Shown here one piece after another: positions 20,591-31,257 of a stretch of DNA of 64,000 bases. The first letter of the stretch is position 1. Every line of letters starts with the position of its first letter. The position numbers were made by a program, and so were the translations under genes. Source of the DNA: Myxococcota bacterium (GTDB lineage: Bacteria; Myxococcota_A; Polyangia; Nannocystales; Nannocystaceae). The notes beneath the pieces are model-generated. The model was not told the DNA's origin. It made no database searches and worked only from the letters and a program-made list of their open reading frames with translations. Where the stretch lies: contig JBCCWC010000010.1 in the NCBI GenBank assembly GCA_039194325.1, positions 1 to 64,000 on the forward strand, in the 5' to 3' direction.

Positions 20591-21403
20591 ATGAGACGCG
20601 CCTCGACCTTGCTTGCCCCCGTCCTGACCGGCCTGGTTGCCCTTTCGCTCGCGGCCTGCGACGCCGAGGCGCCGGCTGCGGATCCGCAGCCGCAGCCGGA
20701 GCCCGAGGTCGAGGCGCCCGCGCTGGGGATCGCAGGCAAGGCCGACAACGCGAGCGCGAGTGCCCTGGCGCAGGGCGTGTGTCCCGAGGCCGCTCGCTAC
20801 GCCACCAATGGCGCCGGTCAGGCCTTCTGTATCTTCGAGGACATCACGCTTCCCGACGCCGAGGTCGATCCCTACTGCCACTACCTCACCGACGGTTACA
20901 TCGGCTTTTCCTGGACCCAGAGCCCCGCCACCGCCGGCTATGCTTGCCCCGAAGGCTCGTACTACGGACCCAACGGGCAGGGCACCGGCTACTGCGTCTT
21001 TGACGACCTCGGGTTGCCCTCGGCCGATGGCCTCGCGCCCTACTGCTACTACCTCGACGATGGCTACCTCGGCTACTACTGGGATATGTGCCCCGCCGAG
21101 GCCCGCTACGCGCCCAACGGGCAGGGCACGGGCTACTGCTTGTGGGAGCAGGTCTCGCTGCCGGCGGCCGACGATCTGGCGGCCTACTGCGACTACCTGC
21201 ACGAGGGCTACATCGGCTTCAGTTGGACCGACACCCCCGCCACCGCCGGCTACACCTGCCCCGAGGGCGCTCGTCAGACCGACAACGGGGCCGGCCTGAG
21301 CTTTTGCTTGTTCGAGGATCTGTGGCTGCCGCCGGCCGACGACCTGGCGCCCTACTGCCACTATCTCGATGACGGGTACCTTGGCTTTAGCTGGTCGCTC
21401 TAG
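20591..21403 (+). CDS. Lipoprotein with four Cys/Tyr-rich repeats of about 46 aa
   Basis: Lipobox LAAC, GKAD motif, and four units CP......NG.G...C.......P......YC.YL..GY.G..W. Confidence 0.8.
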   Translation: MRRASTLLAPVLTGLVALSLAACDAEAPAADPQPQPEPEVEAPALGIAGKADNASASALAQGVCPEAARYATNGAGQAFCIFEDITLPDAEVDPYCHYLTDGYIGFSWTQSPATAGYACPEGSYYGPNGQGTGYCVFDDLGLPSADGLAPYCYYLDDGYLGYYWDMCPAEARYAPNGQGTGYCLWEQVSLPAADDLAAYCDYLHEGYIGFSWTDTPATAGYTCPEGARQTDNGAGLSFCLFEDLWLPPADDLAPYCHYLDDGYLGFSWSL

Positions 21404-21427
21404 CCGTGGATCGAGCGCTGCGGTGCG

Positions 21428-22753
21428 CTAGCGAAAGTACGCGCGCCCGCTGGCGAAGCCGACCACGCCTCGGGCGCGCGGACGGATCAGATCCACGGGC
21501 ATGATCTCCTCGGCCTTGCCCGGGCGCACCGTCTCGATCTTGAAGCGACCCCCGCGGGGCGCCTCGAAGGTGCGTAGGTACTCGAGCGAGTACTGCCGCG
21601 CCTCGTCCTCGTCGGTGGCCAGCACGGTCAGGCCTCGGGTGTAGCCCTGGACGTCCTCCGGCCAGAACTCCGGGATCTCGCCCGCTTCCACCCGCGCGGT
21701 CACGGTGAAGGCGCTGACCTGCGGGGCCTCGCCGTGGTCGGCCTCGTTGAGCGTGTTGAGCATGTGCGCGGTGATCCAGTCGCGCTGCCCCGCTCGCTTG
21801 GCCACCTCGCGGGCCTCGCCGCGCAGACCTTTTTGCCACAACGCCTCGAAGACCTCTTCGAACACCAGGCTGGCGTAGCTCGGGCTGAGGTCGGACATGG
21901 CCGACTCGGTGAGCAGATCGAGCGCCCCGTAGAGCATGCTCAGCGCTTCGTCGAGGTTGGTGGCCTCGGGATCGTGAGCCAGGTACCACGAGCCCAGCAC
22001 GGCCAAGGTCAGCGGGCTGTCGGGATCGGCCCGCAGGGCCTTGTCCATCGCCCCCATGGCGTCGTCGGGCTGGCCCATGCGGTACAGCGTGATCGCCAGG
22101 TTGTACCAGGCGCCCGCGTGCTCGGGCTCGAGGGTCAGCGATAGCTCGAAGCGCTCCACCGCCAGGTCGAACTCGTCGAGATCGGACAGGCAGATCCCGT
22201 GCTCGACGAGGATGTCGACGTTGATCGGATCCTCGTCGAGGTAGGCCTCATAAACAGCGGCCGCCTCGTCGAGGCGACCGTTGCGTCTTAATAGGGCTCC
22301 GAGGGCGGCGGCGGCCTCGTACATCGTGCCGGGCTCGTCGTCGGAGGCCAGCGCCTGGCGGTAGCAGGTCTCGGCCTCTTCCTCTTCGCCGAGCCGCTCG
22401 AGGACCGCGCCGAGGTTATAGTGAGGTAGCGAGCCCGAAGCACCAGCCGCGACCGCCTCGCGGAACGCGTCGCGGGCCGCGGGCAGCTCGCCTCGCAGAT
22501 CGTGCACGTTGCCCAGCGCAATGAGGATGTCGGGCTCGTCGGGAAACTCGTCGGCCGCTCGACGCGCCAACGTAATGGCATGATCGAGATCCCCCGTGTC
22601 GCACAGCGCACGCGTCCACATGCAGTACAAAGGGATCAGATCTTCGGTAGGCAGCTCGGGTTCCCACGAGCTGCGGAGCATACGGACAGCCGAGCTGGCC
22701 GCTCCCTCATCCAGGAGCGTAGCTACGGCATCGAGCTGAGCGCGGAGCGGCAT
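21428..22753 (-). CDS. TPR protein
   Basis: Several TPR units (HYNLGAVL, AWYNLAITL) and an acidic C-terminal domain. Confidence 0.85.
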   Translation of the reverse strand: MPLRAQLDAVATLLDEGAASSAVRMLRSSWEPELPTEDLIPLYCMWTRALCDTGDLDHAITLARRAADEFPDEPDILIALGNVHDLRGELPAARDAFREAVAAGASGSLPHYNLGAVLERLGEEEEAETCYRQALASDDEPGTMYEAAAALGALLRRNGRLDEAAAVYEAYLDEDPINVDILVEHGICLSDLDEFDLAVERFELSLTLEPEHAGAWYNLAITLYRMGQPDDAMGAMDKALRADPDSPLTLAVLGSWYLAHDPEATNLDEALSMLYGALDLLTESAMSDLSPSYASLVFEEVFEALWQKGLRGEAREVAKRAGQRDWITAHMLNTLNEADHGEAPQVSAFTVTARVEAGEIPEFWPEDVQGYTRGLTVLATDEDEARQYSLEYLRTFEAPRGGRFKIETVRPGKAEEIMPVDLIRPRARGVVGFASGRAYFR

Positions 22754-23636
22754 CGTCGACGTCTGCAGAGCGGCGAGGAATGACAGGGGTGACTACGGGG
22801 ATTTGTGGCACGACGGCGCGTCGCTGGCAATTCCTGATTTCGTCCTTTGGAGTGGTCGCAGGCCGGGCCAAATGGACGTTCGTGCTCTGGCGGCATGGCT
22901 CCTGGATCGCGCCGACCATGGCTCCATGGGTTTGCGCCAATTTCGATCGCTGCCGCGCATCGACCCGCGTACGGACGAGCGCGAAATAGACCTCCAGGTT
23001 GCCGAGACGAAGGCGTACACGACCGGAGGGCATTGCGTAGCCCCCGGTGCGTCTCTTCCCGGCGGGATCATACCGCGTGAAGCCACCGGCGGGGGCGAGA
23101 AATGACCCTCGAAAGTGGATCCGTGAGGAAAGTGGTGGCCGACCTCTATGCTTGAGCACGGCGAGCGCGGATGACCCGCACGATGGACGCGGTGAACGCC
23201 AGATCTCCACCCACGGCAGGTCTCGAGCGGCCCGTCTCGAACGGTGGATCTCGAGCGGCACGACCCGGCGATCTCAGCGCGGGGGCGCTAACCCGAATCG
23301 CGCGAGCGGTGATCCGATCGGGCCAGTCGCAGATGACCACCTCGGTGGTCCTCTGGGTGCGGACATGGGGTGACCGAAGGTTCGTGGACCATGATCGCCC
23401 AGCACAAGGATCGGTGTGGTTCGGCCGGCCGGGTTCATGGCGCGTGGATGGGCGGCCAGGTGTTGACATGGAGCAGAGCGGTGCGCCGGCGGGGCGGGCG
23501 GCCAAAGCGTGCTGTTCGGTCGTTCGGTCCGCGTGTTCGTCCCTCGTGGGTGCTGCTTGGGCAAGACCGTAGCCGGGCGCGACAGCCGTCGCGCATTCCG
23601 AGCCGGCCTCGGCACAGGTAGCTCCGCTGGCCTCGC

Positions 23637-24374
23637 TCAGCTGGCCGAGGGCATGGCGCAGCCGTCGGGTCCACACACCTCGGCCGAGGACGCGATCTCT
23701 GAGGGTTTACCTGTCATGTCGCGCCACGCTCGCTGCATGGCTTGTAGGAGTACCTCGCTGGGTTGGGCACCCGATACTGCATAGCGCCCGTCGATCACGA
23801 AGAATGGTACGCCGGTCACGCCGAGCTCCGCCGCGGTTGCTTGCTCGTGGCGTACGTCGTGGGCGTGTTCGTCGCTCGAGAGCAGGGCCTGGGCTCGCTC
23901 GGCGTCCAGCCCCACTTCGGCCGCGAGATCGACCAGCACTTCGTGGTCGGCCACCGACTGGCCCTCATGCATGTACGCGGAGAACAGTCGCTCTTTGAGC
24001 GCGTCTTGCTTCCCGTGCTCGCCGGCCCAGTGGAGCAGCCGATGGGCATCGAACGTGTTGCCCGGCCGAGCCCGGTCGAAGCGGAAGTCGAGCCCGTTCT
24101 CGGCCCCCACGCGGGTCATGCGATCGATCATCGCTTGGGCTTGGTCACGGGTCGTTCGATATTTGTTGGCGAGGCGTTGCACATAGTCCGTGCCCGGAGG
24201 GTGAGCCTTGGGGGCGGATGGGTCGAGCTCGAAGGCTCGCCACACCACCTGGGCCTGCTGCCCGAAGCGCTCGAGCGCGGCTTCGAGGTGGCGCTTGCCC
24301 ACCCAGCACCATGGGCAGGCGACGTCGGACCAGATCTCCACGCGCAGCGTTTGCATCACCGCGAGGGTAGTCAT
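23637..24374 (-). CDS. DsbA/FrnE family oxidoreductase
   Basis: WSDVACPWC, NTFDAHRL, GVTGVPFF, SGAQP, and C-terminal CGPDGC. Confidence 0.92.
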   Translation of the reverse strand: MTTLAVMQTLRVEIWSDVACPWCWVGKRHLEAALERFGQQAQVVWRAFELDPSAPKAHPPGTDYVQRLANKYRTTRDQAQAMIDRMTRVGAENGLDFRFDRARPGNTFDAHRLLHWAGEHGKQDALKERLFSAYMHEGQSVADHEVLVDLAAEVGLDAERAQALLSSDEHAHDVRHEQATAAELGVTGVPFFVIDGRYAVSGAQPSEVLLQAMQRAWRDMTGKPSEIASSAEVCGPDGCAMPSAS

Positions 24375-24508
24375 TCCATTCGTGGGCGCAACTGCGGGCC
24401 GTGCGTCGTGGGGTCGCCGCCGATGCGGGCCGGTTCGTGCCGTATGGTCGTCGGAGCGCATCTTGCCGGCCCGCTTGTCGACGTGAGCGGTGGTTGCTCG
24501 GGGTGAAC

Positions 24509-25927
24509 TCAGGTCAGCGTGCGTCGAAGCCCATCGAGCGTGCTCAGGCCGTCGCCAGCGCCGCGAATGCGCTCCGCCCAGCGTGGGTCTAACGGCTGGC
24601 CCGCGACCATCGAGTGGAAGCGCAGCATCACCATGGTCAGTAGCACGGGCTGCACCAGCGACTCCCGTACCGTTCGGACCGCAAGCGCGGCGAGCAGTCC
24701 GCCCACCAGCACGGCGGCAGCGGCGGCGATCACGAAGGGCAGCGGGGCGGCCTTGATGACCGCGGCGGTGTTGGTCGACAGCGCGGTCAGGCTGCCGCCC
24801 TGGGCCGCGTAGGTGACTGCGAACACGCCGGGGATCGCAGTGACCACCGCGCCGGTCCACACGGGGATCATCAACACCTTGTCGAGCACCATTACGCCGA
24901 TGGCGGTGCGGAACATTGCGCGGCTGTTCTGGGCGCAGTATCCGATCCCGTCGATCGCCGCGTCGATGAGGTTTCGATCGCCACGGGCGAAGCCGTACGA
25001 GAGGACGACCGCGTCGAGATATCGGTTCGTACCCCGGACGAGCCGGTAGATCACGCTCTTGACCGCGGATATGTCGATCGGAAGTAGATCATCAAGAGTG
25101 TCGAGCAGCTTGGTCGTCTGTCGCAGGGTACGGCGGGTGGCGCGGTGGACGTCGTGGAGCGTGGACAGGTCGCCCAGTCGAGTCTGCACGATCTGCCTGG
25201 CGTAGGCGAACAGACCCTGGCTGCCGTTGCCGATCTCGCCCTTGGTAATGAGCTCGGTCAGCAGTCCGATGTGGCCACACTTGGTGCCGAAGGTCTTGCG
25301 GTCGACGAAGGGGAGCCACAGCAGGGCGAAGGGGATGAGGCATCCGAAGAGCACCACCACGCCCACCCACTTGTGGACCGCGACCGTCAGCCATGCGCCC
25401 AAGCCGACGGTGGCGATCAGCATCAAGGTGCTCGCCGCTGCGAATGCGCTCCAGTGAGCGAAGCGGAACAGGCCATAGGGCAGGACCTGGAGCGCCAGCC
25501 GTAGCGCGGGGCCGAAGCCGGGCGTCTTGGCGATGACCGGATAGGCGTGCGGGCAGCCTTCGACATGGGATGTGGCGGGAGCGGGGTCGGCCGGTGTTGC
25601 GACGTGAGCCGAAGCATGCGTCGAGGGATGAGCCGGAGCATACGCCGAGGCGTGTTGCTCTGGAGCGGAGGGTTGCGGGTGCGCGGGGTATTGCGGGTGC
25701 GCGGAGGGTTGCGGGTACGCGGGGTATTGCGGGTGCGCGGAGGGTTGCGGGTGCGCGGGGTACTGTGGATGCGCGGAGTATTGCGGGTGCGCGGAGTATT
25801 GCGGGTGCGCGGGGTATTGCGGATGCGCGGGGTATTGCGGATCGTGAGGGGCGGGCAAGAGCGATACGGGATGGGCGGGTCCCCCGGGGTAACGGGCAGA
25901 TCCAGCGGGGTCGAGCGATCGGTGCAT
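24509..25927 (-). CDS. Multi-pass membrane protein with N-terminal PQYPAH repeat tract
   Basis: About four hydrophobic segments and a low-complexity N-terminus. Confidence 0.75.
   Translation of the reverse strand: MHRSLDPAGSARYPGGPAHPVSLLPAPHDPQYPAHPQYPAHPQYSAHPQYSAHPQYPAHPQPSAHPQYPAYPQPSAHPQYPAHPQPSAPEQHASAYAPAHPSTHASAHVATPADPAPATSHVEGCPHAYPVIAKTPGFGPALRLALQVLPYGLFRFAHWSAFAAASTLMLIATVGLGAWLTVAVHKWVGVVVLFGCLIPFALLWLPFVDRKTFGTKCGHIGLLTELITKGEIGNGSQGLFAYARQIVQTRLGDLSTLHDVHRATRRTLRQTTKLLDTLDDLLPIDISAVKSVIYRLVRGTNRYLDAVVLSYGFARGDRNLIDAAIDGIGYCAQNSRAMFRTAIGVMVLDKVLMIPVWTGAVVTAIPGVFAVTYAAQGGSLTALSTNTAAVIKAAPLPFVIAAAAAVLVGGLLAALAVRTVRESLVQPVLLTMVMLRFHSMVAGQPLDPRWAERIRGAGDGLSTLDGLRRTLT
25661..25840. 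repeat. 18-bp tandem repeat x10 (PQYPAH/PQYSAH/PQPSAH)
   Basis: TTGCGGGTGCGCGGGGTA-like units are seen directly and are in frame. Confidence 0.9.
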
Positions 25928-26103
25928 GGGTGGTGTCAGCTCCCGCTAGAAGGAGCCGGTCACCCGGAGTTGTGACGGGATTCAGTGCCGGGGGGTGCTC
26001 GATGGCCCGGGAGCATGCGCGGGACGCTCGCCGGGGGTCACGGCCCGGGATCCACTATATGGATCGGACAATCAGAGGCCCGTGCCGTGAGGCTCGCGAT
26101 CGC

Positions 26104-27765
26104 TCATGCCGGGTCGAGCACGAAGGGGTAGGTCACGATTGCGACGCCGCCATCGGAAGGTTTGGGGAACCGCCAGCGCTTGGTGGCCTTGGCGATGCAC
26201 TCGGCGACCTCGTCGTCCGAGAGGCTGGTGCTCTTTACGTTTGCCGTGGGGACCTTGCCTGAGGGGTCGATGGTCAGCTCAATCGTGACCCGCCCGGCGA
26301 GCGTTGGATCCTTCGCCAGTCCCTGGCGGTAGCAGTAACGAACCTCGTTGATGTGGGATCGCACGATCCGTCGAATGATGTCCCGGTCGAGCGCTCCACG
26401 GACCGTGGCCTTGGCTTGCCGAACCTGGGGTACTCGCCGACTGCGCCTGTCGTTCCTCGTCCCGCGGCGACTGCTGGGGGACGTGCTGCCGCTGCTGATC
26501 GTCTTGCCTCTGCCCGCGCCGGTGGACGAGGGCCGGGTGGTCTCGATGGCATCACCGTCGGCGAAACACAGCGTAACCGTCGGCATGAGTGCATCCGTGA
26601 GGGAGATGTCGAGGCAGCGGCGATCTTCTTGGGCGCGGTGGGTGGCCTCGAAGGTATGAGCGGCGGTGACTTGGCCCGCGGGGGTACCGTTGGCCCAGAG
26701 GATGGGCGTCCCTGCCTTCACCGAGTAGGTCCCTCTGGTTTCCAGCGTACCGAGACCCGCTCCCCCTGGGGGATTGGTGTTGCTCACGCCACTGGATGAG
26801 GAGAGGAGGTTGCCGCCCTCTCTTCCGGCCGCGCTCAGGATGTGCGCATGCATTTTCGTCATCTCGGGATCGAAGTTGCGGGCCATCTGCGGGATTGCGG
26901 AGCTGCCCACTTGCCTGACTGCCAAGGCCGTGACCTCCAAGCAGGCGTTACGCACCGTGAAAAGAGAAGCCCCGCCCTTGTCGACGGTGCCAAAGAGCTT
27001 GGGCGAGGTGCCGGTTCGACCCGTCGCTCCATCGGCGGCATAGAGCGCCCCTTCGGCCAGGATGTGTCCGTCGTCGTACGATAGCCAGTACCCCTTCTTC
27101 TTGGTGCGAGGGCGCGCACCTTTGCGGGTCTGTTCCGAGAAGGGCTCTGTTGGCTCATAGAAGAGCCCGAGGGAGATGCCAGGCACGGTCACCTCGATCG
27201 GAGTGCCCGCCGCGACGAGCGAGCCCTTGGCGTTCGAAGGGACCGGCACCCCTCGCCCTAGTCGGAGCTTGGTGCCGTCGGCGAAGTCATACGAGCTCTC
27301 CTCGATGGTCACCGGCAGCAGGTGATCTCGGCTGACATAGAGGCGCAGGCGGAAGAGCGCCAGCCCCGGGAGCGTGCCGGCGCAGTGGTGCTCGGGAGGA
27401 CGTTCCACCAGCGTCTCCACCTCGAGCCGACCGTTCTTCTCGCCGACGACCCTCACCGTGACCCCAGCCGGCTCCGTGGGCTCGTCGCCTAGCGGCGGCA
27501 GCCTGAACAGCTCAGGGCCCGTGCTCGAGCCAAACACCTGAGCGCCGACTCGCACCACCGCGTAGCCCGAGGGCCGAGCCGCGATCGGCTTTGGATCGGG
27601 GGCGGGCTGCGGAGCGGACTCGGAGTTTGCCTTCGGCCGTTGCCCGGTCTGGGCAGCCGCCGGCGCGTCGGCGGCCGCCTTCGTCTCGCCCTCGACCGAT
27701 CGGCTGCAAGCACCCACCGCGAGCAAGGACGCCGGTAGCACGATCCGCCAATAAAGAGGGTGCAT
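26104..27765 (-). CDS. Lipoprotein with AgmX/PglI (TonB C-terminal-like) domain
   Basis: Lipobox AVGAC; C-terminal GALDRDIIRRIVRSHINEVRYCY...LAGRV...RWRFPKP...VTYPFVL. Confidence 0.82.
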   Translation of the reverse strand: MHPLYWRIVLPASLLAVGACSRSVEGETKAAADAPAAAQTGQRPKANSESAPQPAPDPKPIAARPSGYAVVRVGAQVFGSSTGPELFRLPPLGDEPTEPAGVTVRVVGEKNGRLEVETLVERPPEHHCAGTLPGLALFRLRLYVSRDHLLPVTIEESSYDFADGTKLRLGRGVPVPSNAKGSLVAAGTPIEVTVPGISLGLFYEPTEPFSEQTRKGARPRTKKKGYWLSYDDGHILAEGALYAADGATGRTGTSPKLFGTVDKGGASLFTVRNACLEVTALAVRQVGSSAIPQMARNFDPEMTKMHAHILSAAGREGGNLLSSSSGVSNTNPPGGAGLGTLETRGTYSVKAGTPILWANGTPAGQVTAAHTFEATHRAQEDRRCLDISLTDALMPTVTLCFADGDAIETTRPSSTGAGRGKTISSGSTSPSSRRGTRNDRRSRRVPQVRQAKATVRGALDRDIIRRIVRSHINEVRYCYRQGLAKDPTLAGRVTIELTIDPSGKVPTANVKSTSLSDDEVAECIAKATKRWRFPKPSDGGVAIVTYPFVLDPA

Positions 27766-27881
27766 CGCCCCAAACATACACCGGTCCGGGCCCGCGGCTG
27801 GCCCAGCACGATCATCGCGTCGCCCGGTCGCGGTCGGGCGAGATCGCTCCGTGCTGGCGCCCGATTCCTTGCGCCCGATCT

Positions 27882-28607
27882 CTACCCCAAGTTGTGAAAC
27901 ACCTCTTGTACGTCGTCGTCTTGCTCTAGTCGGTCGACCAGCTTGAGCACGTCGTCGACCTGCTCGTCGGTCAGCGCCATCGTGTTCTTGGGCACCCACG
28001 CAAACCCCGACGAGACGATCGTCAGGCCCTTGGCCTCCAGCCCCGATTGCAGCTCGCCGAAGGCCTCGCGGGCGCAGCGGAGCACCAGCTGGGGCTGGCC
28101 CTCGTCGCTCTGGCCGTCGAGCATCTCCTCGAGCCCGTGATCGATGAGCTCCAGCTCTAGCTCGTCGCGCTCGATGCCCTCGGGGCTCAGGCGAAACACG
28201 CCGAACTGGTCGAACAAGAAGGACACGCTGCCCGAGGTGCCGAGGTTGCCGCTCTCCTTCTTGAACGCGAAGCGGACGTTGGCCACCGTGCGCGTGGGGT
28301 TGTCGGTGGCCGTCTCCACCAGCAATGCGCTGCCGTGCGGGCCGTAGCCCTCGTAGAGTACCTCGTGGTAGTCGGCGGTGTCGCCCACGCCCAAGGCCTT
28401 GTCGATCGCGTTTTGGATCTTGTCCTTGGGCATGTTCACCGCGCGCGCGTTCTGGATCGCCCGGCGCAGCGCGGGGTTGCCGTCGGGGTCGCCGCCTCCG
28501 GCCTTGACCGCCATGTTGATCTGCTTGCCCGCGCGGCTGAACGCCTTGGCGTCGCGGTCCGACCGCTTGAGCATGGCCTGCTTACGGTTTTCGAAGGTGC
28601 GCCCCAT
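27882..28607 (-). CDS. yebC: YebC/PmpR family protein
   Basis: GGDPDGNPALR, NMPKDKI, YEGYGPHG, TDNPTRT, and DDDVQEVFHN. Confidence 0.95.
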   Translation of the reverse strand: MGRTFENRKQAMLKRSDRDAKAFSRAGKQINMAVKAGGGDPDGNPALRRAIQNARAVNMPKDKIQNAIDKALGVGDTADYHEVLYEGYGPHGSALLVETATDNPTRTVANVRFAFKKESGNLGTSGSVSFLFDQFGVFRLSPEGIERDELELELIDHGLEEMLDGQSDEGQPQLVLRCAREAFGELQSGLEAKGLTIVSSGFAWVPKNTMALTDEQVDDVLKLVDRLEQDDDVQEVFHNLG

Positions 28608-28741
28608 GGCAGGGGTCTTCTACACGGAGCAGCGGCGCTTGTGGAGTCGAAATTCGGGCTCGCTCGGCTTGGCCTCGGGGGCCCGGCCTCGTTCAATGAC
28701 GAGCCGCCGGGACCCCTTGGCGCCGCTACGATCGGTGCGGC

Positions 28742-29410
28742 TCAGGTCTCGCAGACCAAGAAGCGCTTGTTGTCGCAGTGCGTGCCCGTGCACCACATGC
28801 CCTGGATCGCATCCCCGACGTCGGCGAGGAAGGGGCTCGGGTTCTCCTCCGAGTACCACCCCGTCCAGGTGCAGCGGGCGGTGTCCAGGCCCGGGGCCGA
28901 GGTGCACTCGATCGAGATGTTGTCGCAGTACGAGCCCCAGCAATCGATGCCGGTGACCTTGCTGCCCGAGGGGCACACGTGGAGGCCCTTGCCGTTGTGC
29001 TCGAACCAGGCCGACCAGCTGCCCGACCCCGCCACGCTGGCGCCCGGATAGGCGTGGCACTCGAGCCGTACGTTGTCGCAGTACGAGCCCGAGCAGTCGA
29101 AGCCGGTCACCACCTGGCCGGCGGGGCACTGAGACGACCCGGGTGTCTCCTCCGAGTGCCAGCCGAGGAACGAGAATTCCGTCGGGTCGTCGTCGAGCTT
29201 CAGATCCGTCACCGCGCGCTCGCTGGCTCCGCGGTACTCCTCACCCTCGTCCGGCTCGACCGGTTCGGGATCCTCACCCTCGACCTCGACCAGCCCGAGC
29301 TCTTCGGGCGAGCCTTCCTCTTGCATGTCGCACGCGGCAAAGCCGAGCATGGCGACGGCGCTCAGGGTGAGGGGGGCGAGGACCTTGATGGATGGACTAA
29401 ACATGCGCAC
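28742..29410 (-). CDS. Cys-rich lipoprotein with three-fold repeat
   Basis: AAGGAG RBS, lipobox FAAC, and three W.....(C)....G..C.G..CDN units. Confidence 0.8.
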   Translation of the reverse strand: MRMFSPSIKVLAPLTLSAVAMLGFAACDMQEEGSPEELGLVEVEGEDPEPVEPDEGEEYRGASERAVTDLKLDDDPTEFSFLGWHSEETPGSSQCPAGQVVTGFDCSGSYCDNVRLECHAYPGASVAGSGSWSAWFEHNGKGLHVCPSGSKVTGIDCWGSYCDNISIECTSAPGLDTARCTWTGWYSEENPSPFLADVGDAIQGMWCTGTHCDNKRFLVCET

Positions 29411-29784
29411 TTCTCCTTGGGGACATGCCGAGCTCGCTTACTTCAGCCAGCCTCGGCGTTCTCGCCGGCGGTAGAGGGACCGGGCGAGAAAGCGTTCCCA
29501 ATGAATTTCCAAGGAGAGTGCGCGGTCGTTTTCGACACGCGCATGCCGAGCCGGTCTCGGCATCGACCGCTCAGCCGTGCAGCCGGCGCGTCACCATGCC
29601 TCGCATGATGGGTGGATAGCCAATGAGGCTCGCCAGCGCTTGGCCGATCGCGTGGAGGGTCGAGGAGACGGAGTGGGCGGTCTTCGACATGGTGCTCGTC
29701 CCTATCCGCGCGTGGGCACGGTGGGTTGGTTTGATCGCCCGAGAAATTCAAGGAGCCGGCGCCAAGCGCGCCGATCCTTGTCAT

Positions 29785-31257
29785 CTACCCTACGTCCACG
29801 TATAGCCGCCCCATGTAGACCCCCTCTGGCCCGAACAGCGAGATCGCTCGCTTCCCCGCGTCGGGGAATTCGCAGCGCATCTGGGTCCGTTCCTGGTTGG
29901 TCTCGCAGTGCTGTCCGCTCGTTCGGTTCTGCAGCTCCCGTACGCTCCCGGAGATCCGAAACCCGTGCGGGTTGGCGAAGCGCAGCGTCAGCGACTCGCC
30001 CGGCTTGACCGAGTGGCGGGCCCGCATCGGCTCGACCAGCTCGAGATCCAGCGCGGCAAAGACGGGCCGCAAGTGCGGCTGCCGAATGAAATCCCCTTGC
30101 GACAGCGGGGTCTCCAGCAGCTGCCACTTGGGGTCGTCGGGCATGTGGTCGGCCACGAACACCTCGGGCGGGGTGAGGAAGTAGGTGCTCTCGTACTCCT
30201 TGGTGAAGGTGTCCCCGTCGACGTGTCCGGCGTCCCAGGTGGGATCGGCCAGGTACCAGCGCCCTTCCAGGTTGATCGCGTTCCAGGCGTGGCCGGTGCC
30301 GTCGAACAGGCCGTCGGAGTCGCGGGCGTCGCCCACCACCACCACGATCTCCATCCCCGCCGCCTCGCCGAGCGCGGCCAGCAGGGCGGCCGAGCCCGCG
30401 CACACGGCCGTGCGTCGTTCGAAGACCGACTGGGCGTCTTGCGGAGGGAAGTTGCCCGAGCGCAGCGCCGGCACGTCGTAGGCGACCCGGTCGGCCACGT
30501 AGTCGTGCAGCGCCTTGACCCGCTGCACCGGATCGGCCTCTTGCTGCACGAGGTAGGCGGCCACGCTCTTTATCGAGGTCTCGTGCTCGGGGGGCAGCGC
30601 CGTCACGGCCGGGTGCAGCGTGGGGGCGAAGGGCCAGCCGTCGGCGCGGTAAAGATCGCTCGGCGACACGGCCGGGGCCGAGGGCTCCACCACCCGCCGG
30701 GTTCGGCCCGCCCGCGGGTCGCGGCCGTCCTCGGAGCGGGTCTCGGTGAGCGAAGGATCGATCAGCTCTTCGTAGGCGTTGTCGTGGGTCGCCTCGTGCA
30801 GCCAGCTCAGGCGCTCGGCCGTGCCAAAGAGCATGCTCCGGGTCGTCTGTGCCCACGGAGCCGACGAGTCGCCGAGCATCCAGTCGCCGCGAGTCGACAG
30901 CGCTTCGAACACGCTGCCGGGGAACAGCGCGAGCAGGCTACCCACGAACACCACGTTGACCGCCAGGGCGCGCAGCACGAGGCGGTCGAAGGCGGTGAGG
31001 ATCCGCGGGCGGACGCGGTCGCGTTGCTTGCGGCGCCACGTGGCCCAGGCGTCCCATGCCAGCGGCAGCAACGGGAAGCACAGGCCACCCGCGACCAGGC
31101 TCACCCACAGGGGTCCATCGTGGTGGGCGGCCAGCGACGACGCGATCCATACTCCGCAAAGGGGCAGCAGCACCGCCAACGCCGCAAAGGCCAGCTTGAG
31201 CAGCAATCCCGTGATGACCAGGGCCGTGCCCACCTTTGTTCGTCTGCTCGTGCTCAT
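29785..31257 (-). CDS. Membrane-anchored transglutaminase-like domain protein
   Basis: Three N-terminal TM segments; Cys-His-Asp triad motifs AVCAG, HAWN and DPTW. Confidence 0.87.
   Translation of the reverse strand: MSTSRRTKVGTALVITGLLLKLAFAALAVLLPLCGVWIASSLAAHHDGPLWVSLVAGGLCFPLLPLAWDAWATWRRKQRDRVRPRILTAFDRLVLRALAVNVVFVGSLLALFPGSVFEALSTRGDWMLGDSSAPWAQTTRSMLFGTAERLSWLHEATHDNAYEELIDPSLTETRSEDGRDPRAGRTRRVVEPSAPAVSPSDLYRADGWPFAPTLHPAVTALPPEHETSIKSVAAYLVQQEADPVQRVKALHDYVADRVAYDVPALRSGNFPPQDAQSVFERRTAVCAGSAALLAALGEAAGMEIVVVVGDARDSDGLFDGTGHAWNAINLEGRWYLADPTWDAGHVDGDTFTKEYESTYFLTPPEVFVADHMPDDPKWQLLETPLSQGDFIRQPHLRPVFAALDLELVEPMRARHSVKPGESLTLRFANPHGFRISGSVRELQNRTSGQHCETNQERTQMRCEFPDAGKRAISLFGPEGVYMGRLYVDVG

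Noticed and set aside
23120..23140. GAGGAAAGT as the start of RNase P RNA
   Set aside because: It continues GG rather than CC, and no matching 3' P4 element was seen.
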